This document shows, in pieces, positions 28,318 through 40,621 of a stretch of 64,000 bases of DNA. Origin of the DNA: Octopus sinensis (taxonomy: Eukaryota); NCBI RefSeq assembly GCF_006345805.1, contig NC_043008.1, forward strand, positions 73,098,001-73,162,000. Direction: 5' to 3'. The translations under genes were made by a program, and so were the position numbers. Below the pieces are notes generated by a model. The model was not told where the DNA came from. It searched no databases and was given only the letters and a program-made list of their open reading frames with translations. Every line of letters starts with the position of its first letter. Position 1 is the first letter of the stretch.

Positions 28318-29530
28318 CAGAGTGCAGTGAATAAATTGTTACCTAAATTACACAAAAATGAAAATAACACTGACATCTCATTTTAACAGATATATTTACC
28401 AAAATTACATAAAAAATATCTCGAAATCCTAAAGAGCAAATTTATTCAATAACAGCCTCCAGACAACTTCAGAAACTCTTGCAACTCTTCTGGACAGATG
28501 CCTTGTTTAAATTTGTGAATGCTGCCATAATCCTTGCCTTCAGTTTATCTTTGGTGTTACAAAGAGTTTTGTGGGTCTCTAACTCACCTGTACCCCACTC
28601 ATAATAATCAACAGGGTTGCAGTCTGTGGAGTTAGGTGGCCAGATGTTAGGGATGATGTGGCCACAGAAATTGTCTGAAAGCCATAACTCTCATGCTTGT
28701 GTGGCATGGTGCAGAGTCCTGTTTCTAGACATAGGGTTTTCCAGTAGCCACCCTCTTGATACAGGGCAGCACTACCTCCTCCAGGGACTTGATGTAGACC
28801 TTCTTGTGAGACTGTGGGAAGATGAATGGAGGCATAACGTCAATTGTTGACTGGAGTGGATGTTTGATTTCTATCATTCTCAGTACATGTTTTGGGGACA
28901 CAGCAATCCAACAATTGTTCTGTATGTTCCCCATCTTATCCTGGCAGAAATTTTTCTCGTCTGAGAAAAAGCGAAGCATGTTCAGTTGGAGGAGATGCTT
29001 GAGTTTGTTCAAAAGCTTTGTAGCATGGTCTTTCCTATTGTCCTTGATGGCTTGGGATAAAAATTGCCCCTTTCTCACCTTGTATGAGGAATACCAAATG
29101 TCTTCATGCACTACCTGCTTGATAAGAAACTCAGACACTCTCATGTCCCTGGCGATGGACCTGATTGACTTGGAAGGATTGTTGTCAATCATGGCCTGGA
29201 TCTCACCTACAAATTCAGGAGTTCTTTTCTTATCAGAACGATAAGAGTGCGCTTTCCAAGCTGCCATACCTTTGTAATCACCATTAGACTGATCCAACAC
29301 TTTTTGAATCCTCTGCACTGTCATCAGATTGACACTCAAACACTCTGAAATGTTCATATTGGAACTTCTAGTACGAATGTTAAGTAGTACAGCATGTCAT
29401 TTCAAAATTTCCAGCAATGTGAATTGTGTCATGGTGCAGTTTTACTTGTAGTCAACAAAATTAAAAACGGACAATGTACCATTTCAAAATAAAAAATATA
29501 AAATGGCGGCAATTTACCCATCACACCCTG
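28318..29530 (-). mobile_element. maT/DD37D-like Tc1/mariner transposon, near full length
   Basis: Related termini cagagtgcagtgaataaattg / cagggtgtgatgggtaaattg in TA-rich flanks. ORF 28725-29357 contains FFSDEKNF; a downstream STDCNPVDYY-like motif has D rather than E. Confidence 0.85.
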
Positions 29531-29548
29531 TGTATATATATATATATA

Positions 29549-29850
29549 TCATCATCATCATCATCGTTTAACGTCCGTTTTCCATGCTGGACGGTTTTAC
29601 TGAGGACTGGTGAGCCAAAGGCTGCACCAGTCTCAATCTGATCTGGCAAAGTTTCTACAGCTGGATGCCCTTCCTAAAGTCAACCACTCTGAGAGTGTAG
29701 TGGGTGCTTTTTCGTGCCACCAGTACAAGGGCCAGCCAGTTGGCTCTGGCAATGACCACGCTCAAAAGTTATTTTTACATGTTACCTTTTGAGCATGATT
29801 GTTGCCAGAACCTCCCGACCAGCCCCCGTGCCAGTGGCACGTGAAAGCAC
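29549..29850 (-). mobile_element. RTE LINE 3' tail fragment
   Basis: (CAT)n-cgtttaacgtccg...ctacagctggatgcccttcc. Confidence 0.8.
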
Positions 29851-30288
29851 CCGATATATATATACATATATTTCACTTACACCTTACACACATTCATAAT
29901 TATTTTTTCACATTTACATATATATACATCTAAAATATTTCAGTATTTCTCTCATTCTTTCCGAAATGCCTTTGTTTTTTTATATCTTTTTACATTTTAT
30001 ATATTATTTTTGTTGCTGTTAACTTTGTTGTTCCTGATGTTGTTATTGCAAATATTTTTGTTTTTTGGTATCGTTGTTGCAAGAGTTGTTACTGTTATAG
30101 TTGTGGTAGATGTTGTAGTTGCTGTATTAATGTTTGTTGTTATTGTTATTGTTGTTGCTATTGTTTGTTCATTTAAACACTTCATAATGTGATGATTGAA
30201 CAATGGCAAAGTGCCACTGTATTTATCATTGTTGTCTCTTGGAGAAAATGGAGAAAAACCAATAAACTGAGGAACTGGAATCTAAACT

Positions 30289-30330
<42 letters not shown>

Positions 30331-30767
30331 CATGCATGCATACATAACCATGTATACAAAAACACAGACATGAATGGATACACACATACATGCACACATA
30401 CCTACATTCATACATAATTACACACAAGCACACGCACTTATGCAAGATACGTGCACCTCACACAAACTCATACAGAAATGCACTTGTCTACATGTGCATA
30501 CACAAATACTCACAAGAAAAAACCCCCAAAGACTTACACACATTCACCCAAACGTATATACACAAAAACATACACATGAGCACACCTACAGATACACACT
30601 CACAAACACATACATAGACAAACCTACACACACACAAGCACACACACACACACATGCCAATGGAAAGACAATGAAATCAAATTTACATGACAAATTGTTT
30701 TATTTTTGTTCTGTAAATTTTTTTTCCTGCTGAATATTTAAGGTTGTTGAATACTTTTCACTTGAAA

Positions 30768-30815
<48 letters not shown>

Positions 30816-31334
30816 GCATTAATTTCTCTCTCTTATACAAGCAGACTGCTGTATGATTGATGACAATAAGTGTTGGAGAGTTTTTCAAAGTAGTTGAAGA
30901 TCGGAAGGAGAGTTCTTTTAAAAATGAAGAATCTTTAATAATTCTTGTTAATAGATGTGATAGACGAGGAACAAAGAAGATGAAGAAAAGAAAAATACAG
31001 AATAAAAGAAGTCAGTTCCAGTATTTAACACATTTTGTTATACACACACGTGTACATATACATACATACATACATAAAAAATGGGAGAGGGTGTAAGAAA
31101 ACCGGAAGACAGGATGGAAACATTCGCTCTGAAACAGCAAAGATTATTAGAATTACTATATTTATAAGGATCATCTCCCCCCTCTCTCTCTCACACACAC
31201 ACACACATATAATGAGAGAGGGAGTGAGACAGAAAGAAAGAATGGAAACATTCACTCTAAATCAGCAAAGATTGTTAAAATTACTATAAGAACCAAATGG
31301 CTATGGAAAGATCCATACTAGGAACATTACTAAG

Positions 31335-31745
31335 AGTGTACTTTTGAAATGAAATAATTTGAGAACAGATTGGCATGAATGATGTCATTGTGGAGTACCA
31401 AATGAAAAAGTTCCACTGAACCAGACATGGCACAAGGTTCACAGACAACCGGTGGAGTTATGCAGTTACTGAGTGACATCCAAGAGATCAGAAAAGGCCA
31501 CTTGGAAGGCCTCACAATGATCGAGGGATGATTTAATTGAGCAATTTGGTTCAAGATGAAAAAGAATGGTGCGATCAAGGCAAACTTGGAAGCACATTGT
31601 GACCAGTGGTGTATAATAACTTCTGATAGCACAGTCAATACTGTGATAAGAATTTCCAATGCATGCATGAACACACACACACTCACACATAGTTGTCATG
31701 TAATAATATACAGATTCATAGAATCCTGTGGGTATCACAGAAAGC
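31335..31745 (+). mobile_element. Second RTE family, degenerate thumb/C-terminal fragment
   Basis: Translates NDVIVEYQMKKFH*TRHGTRFTDNRWSYAVTE*HPRDQKRPLGRP. A homologous copy lies at about 51830-52230. Confidence 0.7.
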
Positions 31746-32868
31746 TCCTCTAGTGGATCTGGCTATCATATCCTATAGTAATCATGGAGGAGTATTGTAC
31801 AGAGTCTTATGCAGCTGAAATTCAGGAGAGCCAAGAGATTATTTCATGAGAAGTACATAAACCATAAAAGACGGAAGGCACAATAGGTGACTATATTTAT
31901 TTAACCACTTGATATCTGTAGGATTATGGCTGCTTCACAGCCTTTATCATGTAATAATAATTTTAGGGAATAATAAATTATTTTATATGTCTGCACCAAT
32001 ATTGTACACATGGAACATTTGCAAATCAATGCAGATATAGAAGGCTCACTCTTCAGATCATCAGAACATTATGGTTACACCAACGGTTCGAGTCTGCATG
32101 TGTACAAAATTTTCTTTTATATATACAATGTATGGAAATTAGTATGAGTGTTAGATAAGGTATTAGATTATATTCAAAAATTCTATCAGCAAAAATACCT
32201 ATTTCTCATTGCTGTTAGCACCTTGAATTTAAGTAGTTCCTATATGATAACCATATCTAATTTTACACTTAATTATTGAGCCTACACTAATGAAGTTTAA
32301 CCATGATCAATACAAGTGTATTATTCCCTACTTTGGTTAACTGTGATTTGATTTCACCTTAGAAATAGACACATGATAACATATTTAGATATTTTGTTAT
32401 TTGTAAAATACTCCTTACATGCTGTTATAGCTTTCCAGTCTATCATATTTAATGTCTGAACCATTTTTTTCATATTTATGTAATTCTACACCTTCAAATC
32501 TCACTTTTTTTTTATTAGAATACATAAATCCTTAAATCTGCTCTTATAATCCAGCTTACCAGTTTCAATATAATGGAAGTGTTTACTTTATAGCATTTAT
32601 ATCTATGCACCTATTATGAACCTGTGTACATATTTGTTGTGTTAACATAACTATATATTTCTAACTGAGTATATGAAAATGTGTATACATGTACTTTTAT
32701 TCTGACATGTATAAACGTATATATATATATATATGTGTGTGTGTAAAAGAAAATTTAGACAAATATGTATAATTAGATTAGTGTGTTTAGATGTTGAGTA
32801 AAGCACCTGAGTTAAAAAGAACAGTATCAGAATAACATGTACTTAGACATGTAACTTTAGAATCTAGA

Positions 32869-32920
<52 letters not shown>

Positions 32921-33362
32921 TGTATCTATATATGTATGTGTATATGAGTATATGTATGTGTGTATATGGTTCTATGAATATGTCTATACACATATTTATA
33001 TACGTCAGTGTATACATATGTATGTATACATGTGTGTGTATACATATATGTGTGTGTGTGTGTGTATATGTAAGTGTATATATAAGTGTATGTATTTACA
33101 TATGTATGTAAATATATGCATATGCATATATGCACGAACACGATAATACTTGTCTGAATATTAATCTTCTTTTCACTTTCTACTTTCTTTTTCCTCGAAG
33201 CAGTTATGACAGCAAAAGCTGATTACATCATTTATCTAAACTGGAACGAATATTTTCCACATTCATATTTGAATTTTTTGCATTTCTACAATATTTTTCA
33301 CTTTTATTCATTCTCAAACTGGATGGGCATATAACAACAAGCCATATGATACAAAAATTATC

Positions 33363-33417
33363 TATTATTGTACCTGAAGAGACATAGACTGGGTCGAAAC
33401 ATATGTTGTAACTAATA
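33363..33417 (+). ncRNA. Minimal type I hammerhead ribozyme motif
   Basis: CUGAAGA 33374-33380, stem II gac/gtc, GAAA 33396-33399, self-complementary stem III ACAUAUGU, GUU site, interrupted stem I tac/gta plus tatta/taata. Confidence 0.65.
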
Positions 33418-33743
33418 AAAGTCTAATACAAAAACCATCTCCTACAGTCAATTAATAATATATATATATTTTTTTTCTCTCTAGTTTCAGTTCAGAGCTG
33501 CGGCCATGCTGATGCACCGCTGTGTGTATATAAAAAGGATAATTTAAATTAAATAATGATCTTATCAAGTGGCCAGCATGGAAATAAAAACCTTCAAAGG
33601 TAATAAATTAGGGTATCTACGAGATACCACCATGCTGAAAATAGCAGCCAGGATCTGACTCTAAAACCACCTTAAGTGTTCATATAGCACAAGGAGAGAA
33701 GACAAAAAGACAAAATAAAACAAGTAGAAAAATTACTGGATAA

Positions 33744-33800
33744 TTCCAGATCCTGGATTTCTGGCTTTGCATTTAGAAATACTTTGCCTCATCAGTAGAA
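33744..33800 (-). ncRNA. Type I hammerhead motif with one extra A before GAAA
   Basis: Minus strand UUCUA-CUGAUGA-GGC...GCC-A-GAAA-UCC-A-GGA-U-C-UGGAA. Confidence 0.55.
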
Positions 33801-34304
33801 TATACACAGAGAGAAATATAAATACATATATATATATATACATACAACATATGAATACTTACATATACAAACATATACATACATATATATGCATGTATGC
33901 AACCTGACCAGTTTAAAATGTCCGCTTCATAATTCCATGTGCGATATATATATAATTCTATACATATTTGAGTGAGTGTGTGTGTATACTACATACATAT
34001 ACATACACACACACATATATAAACCTGGGCGAAAGCATAACAGACAGAAAAGGGAGACAGAAACGCAATACAAGGAACATTCGCAGTTGACTTTCTCATC
34101 AGTGGTTTCATGCTATTCAAGCCAAGGTCACTGTCGTCTAATGGACGTGCCATAGCATAGAGCTACAGAAAAAAGCTGACAAATGTGTGAGTACAGGACA
34201 AAATAATGTTGTACGCAATAGAATATGCCTTACGGCTGTACAATTAGACTATGCAATATATATTATATAGATGTGTATGTACATGTATATATATATATAT
34301 ATAT

Positions 34305-35068
34305 ATATAACGATTTAGGAGTGACCCCAACAGGTCACTCGTCCACCAGAAAGAGCAGCCATAACTCACACCGCCAAGTATTATTAATTCAGAAATTAGG
34401 TGAAAATTTAAAAACATTTACCCTAATTCATCTTTTAGACGTTGCAACGTTTCTGTGTCATTAATGATTAAATTAGCTTAATTAAATTAAATTAAGCCAA
34501 TGTTATATTTATATATTTAGTCGATGACTATTTTCTCTTTTTCACCAGGCCGCTGGTTGCGATAAATTTCTATTGAATTTTTTTGCTACCCTAAATTGAC
34601 TAATTGATAATTTTCTGAATAATTCTGAGATTGAATCGGCAGTTTATATTTACTGTTGATAAGTTTGGCGCGAATACGTCAGTCTTGAAAATTTTAAGTC
34701 AGATATCCCGTAGGCTTCGATACAGACGCCTCGTGTATATTTGTCTCTCCCAGGTCTTTACTGATGAAGTGTAACCTATGGTAGATTGGCTTAATTTAAT
34801 TTAATTAAGCTAATTTAATCATTAATGACACAGAAACGTTGCAACGTCTAAAAGATGAATTAGGGTAAATGTTTTTAAATTTTCACCTAATTTCTGATTA
34901 ATAATACTTGGCGGTGTGAGTTATGGCTGCTCTTTCTGGTGGACGAGTGACCTGTTGGGGTCACTCCTAAATCGTTATATTATATATTTAGTCGATGACT
35001 ATTTTCTCTTTTTCACCAGGCCGCTGGTTGCGATAAATTTCTATTGAATTTTTTTGCTACCCTAAATT

Positions 35069-35072
<4 letters not shown>
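34305..35072. repeat. Long inverted repeat plus direct duplication (A-B-C-A'-B)
   Basis: Arms 34305-34501 and 34785-34980 are near-identical reverse complements. 34502-34601 is repeated directly at 34974-35072. Confidence 0.95.
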
Positions 35073-35120
<48 letters not shown>

Positions 35121-35399
35121 GTGTGTATGTGTGTGTGTGTGAGTGTGTGTTTTATGAATTTATATATTATGCATTTAGCTGTATATAGATATGTATAATT
35201 CTCTATAGGTACACATATGTGTATGTACAGTATGTGTTTTGTATGTATTTAGCAATATATTCTCTGTTTATAATTATGCATACATTCATGTTTGTGTGTG
35301 TTCCAATGTTTGTCTGTGTGGCATATATGTATATTAATAGTTTTATGAATAGACAGTTGCGCATGTGTGGTTGGGTATTGTTTTTAGTATCTTAATGCT

Positions 35400-35810
35400 T
35401 ATATGTATCTGCCTCTAGCTAGATGTGTTGGTTTCAATACTTTTTTTTCAGTCAGAATTCGTTTGGAGGCCTTTTGACCTTTTAACCCTATTTAAAAATA
35501 ACTGTTGTTCAAAACTCTTTAGTTTAATCTTTATATCTCCAGCTGTCTTTACCCTGTTGAATTCATGTATAATATATTTCATTTATACTTTTATATGTAT
35601 CTTTGAATACTTTCAAAGTAATCTTTTATCTAATTTAACTACTTTACATTCTCTCCTATCCTTTCTTGACTTTTGTTCTTTTGTTGGCATTAAGGATGGT
35701 CAATTCTCTAAACTTAGATCCAGCATCTTAATTGACATCATACAAAATATATTTATTATTTATATTTATTCTTTAATGACCATACAGATGTAATTCTTAT
35801 TAGGTATGCA
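35400..35810 (-). mobile_element. Possible PLE RT N-terminal relic
   Basis: Minus strand ELTILNANKRTKVK resembles the ILPADKG motif; very degenerate. Confidence 0.35.
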
Positions 35811-37474
35811 TCTTCCATACATTGTATGTATGAAGGACAATTTTGTATGTATATGCAGAGTTGAAGCTTTGGTGTAACCATGATGTTCTGGTGATCTGAA
35901 GAGCTAGCCTTTTACATTTGCATTGATTTGTAAATGTAAAACTGTATTATACAATGCATAACATGCATATTTGTGCAAGCATGTAAAATAATATATTATT
36001 CACTGAAATTATTATTACATGAAAAAGACTACAAACTGATTGTAATCGTATGGATATGGATATTAAATGAAAAAAATATTTACCTCCCATGCCTCCTGTC
36101 TATTTGTGGTTCATGTGTATGCATGTGTGTGCGCGTGTGTGTGTGTGCATGTGTATACATTCAAGAAACACACACAAGCACAAATAATTATCATATATGC
36201 AACTCAGGGCAGCTTTCAGCAACTAATTCATTTACTGATCACCTGTACAAATTGCTGAAAACCTAGAACGACAATTTTTATTTATAACAACATACCGTAC
36301 TCCAGTATGACCAAAGCATATAACAATTATAACTAAAGAATGGTTAAGAAAAAGGAGCAATGTCAACATTCTTTATCATCTCAGTTTCCCCCACTTAATG
36401 TCTGTGTCTCTCCCTCTCTCACACTCATTATGTGTGTATACACAAACACAATATATTAATTTTCTATGTATATATTCAGATAGGTTTACTGTTGATATAA
36501 CTTTGAATGTGTGTGTCTACATGTACTATAATCAAAGTATACAGCATTGTATCTTCACTTTGGTAGATCTTAGCAATTAACCCACTCCTTGAAACTGCTA
36601 CAATGGTTAGAAAAGTGCTTGACAATTGAAGGTACCACCTCATTCTACTAGTTCTGGATGGCTTGCACCTGTTTTATGTCATCAGCAGCAAATAGGAATG
36701 ATAAAAATGTGTATATATGTTATTATATGTATGATAACGTCAGTGTGTGCAAGCTTTATAGATTTATATATGTATGTACTGGTACACACTTCTCAAGTAG
36801 TGACTCTCAGATGTGTATGCACACAGTCACATGTTAATGTATTTACCAATCCACACTCTTGGACAATTTGTTTCCATAGATAAAATTCTTCATGTAATAA
36901 AGAATCGAAAATATCAGAAAATACAGTTTAAAAACATCAGCAAATGACTAAAACATCAAGAGAACATAAAATAAAATAAGAAGAAAATTACCTCAAATTT
37001 GTTTTCTTAGATTTAGTTTATTGAATTCTTTGAAACCATGAACTTTCCTTCAGCGATTTCCTGTTGCAAAGGAAGATGTTATTGGTCTGATAATCTTTAT
37101 CTTTGATTAGATTTTGACTGCTTTTTGTATGAAGAGGAATTAAGGGTGATATGAATTCTTATTAAAGAACCCAGCTACTGTGCCAATCAATCCATCAAGG
37201 AAGATGATGACAGAGGTAGAATGCTATTCTCAGAGATAATGGTGTAACAATTCCGAAAATTTGGCACAGTGCCCCACATTTTTGGCTTGGTCACCGATTC
37301 TTTCATTGTTATTGCAAAGACATTGATTGGAATTTGTTTCACCATTCTATGTATTGTGGCCAGCTTTCGCAGCTTAATTGTTAATAATTTGTTGATTTTT
37401 CTCCCAGTATTACAGCTTATGTTTTTGTTTCAAACTTTTGCCATTTTTTCAACATTTATTATTATTATTATTAA

Positions 37475-37507
<33 letters not shown>

Positions 37508-37789
37508 CATCATTATTATTACTATTATTGCTGTTGTTGTTATTATTATTATCTTTACAGAGAATAAGATTGATTTGTTATCATTTATAAACTTCTATGT
37601 TTCTATTTAAATATGTTACATTATGCATTAGGGTATATATTGTGCATATATAGGTATATGCATGTATGTTCATATGTATGTACATATGTGAGTATTTGTA
37701 TATCTTTTTATGAGTGTGTGCATTTGTACTCACTGAGTATATGTGTATATATGACAGTTTGTATGTTTATATGTTTGTAAATTACATGT

Positions 37790-38460
37790 ACAAGGGTCAG
37801 CTGAAATGTCCGTAGGCTGACCAAGATACTCTCATGGAATGTGACCAAAAGAGGTTTATTTTTCAACATAGATCCCCTTGCAGTTCTCACAATTCTTCCA
37901 CCAGTGTTGCAGTTCTTGGAGCCTATTGGTCAAGAAGCTTTCATCCGGTTGCTAAAAAAAATCACCAAAGGCAGATATAGCATTATCATCAGTGTGATAC
38001 AGGTTATCAGTCAAATGTTTTTTAATGTTGGGGTGAAGTTGATTGTTAGATGGGGCCAAACCTGGAGAACAGGGTGGGTGAGTCGCTCGCATCAGCCATT
38101 GAAACCAAGAACTTGTGTGCTGGAAGATTGTCCAGATGAAACAAGATCCCATTCATCAGTCTTTCTGGGTCTTTTAAATCTATTACTACCTTTCATAATT
38201 GCCCTGCCCCATGAAGTTGGCATAGTACTGCCCATTGATGGTGTGGTCCTGTTGAAGATCATTAATAAGCACAATGCATTTTAAATCTCAAAACCTGAGG
38301 CTATCACCTTCCCTACTGATGAAACGACATTGGCCTTCTTTGGAGCAGGTGAAGGGAAGTGATTCTACAGCATGGATTTTCTCTTTGATTCTACCTCAAA
38401 GTGATCAACTCAACACTCATCCTGGCTTAAGAAACGTTCAAGAAAACCAAAAACTATGAT
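37790..38460 (-). mobile_element. Mariner (irritans-like, DD34D) transposon, 3' part
   Basis: HPPCSPGLAPSNNQLHPNIKKHLTDNLYHTDDNAISAFGDFF corresponds to the HPPYSPDLAPSD motif. TIR-like tacaagggtcagctgaaatgtcc at the left end. Confidence 0.85.
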
Positions 38461-39426
38461 TGTAAGACACTTGTGGTTTGTGGAACCGAGTGTAGCAATG
38501 CATTAAAATGCTTATAGATTCTATGGACAATTATTAATACTCTGCATACATATAACACATATATACATACATACACACACACACAAACACACACACACAC
38601 ACACACACACATACATATATATACATACATACATGAAGACATACATACATAAAAACATGCATACATACATATAGATACATGCATACTTACATATATATAC
38701 ATGCATAGATACATACTTATATACATACATAAATATATACATATCTATATATATATATAAAACTGAAAATGTGTCTGTCTGTATGTGTGCATCACTAAAA
38801 CTCAAGAATTACCCAACCAATTTCATTCATATTTTAGATATGCTTTACTTATGGTCCATGTAGTGTCATGGGCCAAACACATGTTCAACATCTTGCCTAA
38901 TGTGAACCAGGAGCAATTTCTTATGTTTTACACTATTTCAGAATCATGTGTCAAAAGTGAAACAATAACATCTCTATTGTAATGTAAGAAAATACTTTTA
39001 CGTATAATACATTCAATATGTATATAATATATACAGAGTGAAACTAATCTGCACATATGTGTGTATCTATATATGTATATATATAGATGTATATGTATAC
39101 ATGTATATGTATAGATATATGTATATGTACACATATATGTGTATGTATAGATGTATATGTATCAATGTACATATATAGATTTATATGAATAAATATATGT
39201 ATATATATATATGTGTGTGTGTGTATATATATATGTATAAATATATATATGTCTATATATATATATATATATACTTATATTACATCTATATATGCTTATG
39301 TACATTTATATATATATATGTCTACATCTATATATATGTATGCATGTTTATATGTGTGTATATATATATATGCACATATACATCTATATAACACATGCAT
39401 ACATATATATACACACATATAACATG

Positions 39427-39467
<41 letters not shown>

Positions 39468-39473
<6 letters not shown>

Positions 39474-40105
39474 TGCCCTCGTTATGGATAATGGCCATTG
39501 CATGAAGCTTAACTGTTATTTGTGCTGTGATCAAATGTGACTTTTATTTGCTTTTTAAGGCTATTTAGTTGAGACTCACAGCACCATAAACAATCATGAA
39601 CAATGTTGTTATCGTGCAATGCCTGTGCAAGAAGATTTTTTTAAAGTGAGGAAAGGTTGTGCACTGAGTCAATCCCACTCACTAAGCAACAGCAGCCATA
39701 ATCCGAAAAGAAGAACAAGTCAACATCATCGGTAACCACTGAGCCGCAGGTTTTATGTCGGAGTTATCCCAGTTACCTGAGTTACGTTCTCCTAGAAGGA
39801 TGCCCTAACAAAGGCTAGGAGACCTTCACTCCCAATGGTTTAACTGCGTGATCGGGTATTCAGTCCGATTATTTCTATGTCCCGGCGCATGATACAGCAT
39901 TAAGAAATTTATTGGATGGCCGTTGACTCTCAAGAGTTCCTCCGCCCTTTGACGGGTTTTGTTTTTCATCCCGCAGGGTGTCCAATAAACACCTTCCTCA
40001 ACAAGCAAGCTTGGTGGGGTTGCCAGTTTAGACGCCAACGGCCCGACCATGCAACAGGTTGTACTGGGTTACATGTTACCAGTAGCACTCGAAAGTGACC
40101 TGACA
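39468..40105 (-). mobile_element. Short bipartite RTE-derived element (5' UTR-like segment fused to the extreme 3' end)
   Basis: The 3' part (KSHI*SQHK*, aagcttcatgcaatggccat...gggcagccat) matches 42911-42990. The 5' part has the RTE-UTR-like gggcatccttctaggagaac. No RT lies in between. Confidence 0.65.
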
Positions 40106-40134
40106 TATATATATGTGTGTGTGTATACATACAT

Positions 40135-40505
40135 CTTGCATCTTTTACTTGTTTCAGTCATTTGACTGCATTCATACTGGAGCATCGCCTTTAGTCGAGC
40201 AAATCAACCCTAGGACTTATTCTTTGTAAGCCTAGTACTTATTCTATTGGTATCTGTTGCCAAACTGCTAAATGATGGGGACATAAACACCAGCATCGGT
40301 TGTCAAGCGATATTAGAGGGACAAACACAGACACACAAACACATACATATATACATAAATACGACGGGCTTCTTTCAATTTCCATCTACCATATCCACTC
40401 ACAAGGCATTGGTCTGCGTTAGGCTATAGTAGAAGACACTTGCCCAATGTGCCACGCAGTGGGACTGAAGCCGGAACCATGTGGTTGGCAAGCAAGCTAC
40501 TTACC
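40135..40505 (-). mobile_element. tRNA-headed SINE, same family as 11178
   Basis: Full reverse-complement head-core-tail. Confidence 0.85.
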
Positions 40506-40590
40506 TCACAGCTACTCCTGCACCTATGTATATATATGTCTATATATTTATATGTACATTTATATATATGTATATATACATTCATATATA

Positions 40591-40620
<30 letters not shown>

Positions 40621-40621
<1 letters not shown>

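Noticed and set aside
31775-31890. Protein-like frame WRSIVQSLMQLKFRRAKRLFHEK
   Set aside because: Bounded by in-frame stops with no compatible splice sites; too short to support.
34075-34112. Minus-strand ctgatgag...gcgaatgttc as a hammerhead
   Set aside because: GAAA and stems II/III are not intact; at most a relic.
35850-35910. atgatg...ctga read as a C/D snoRNA or type II hammerhead
   Set aside because: Box spacing and stems do not fit, and the sequence is part of a dispersed repeat.
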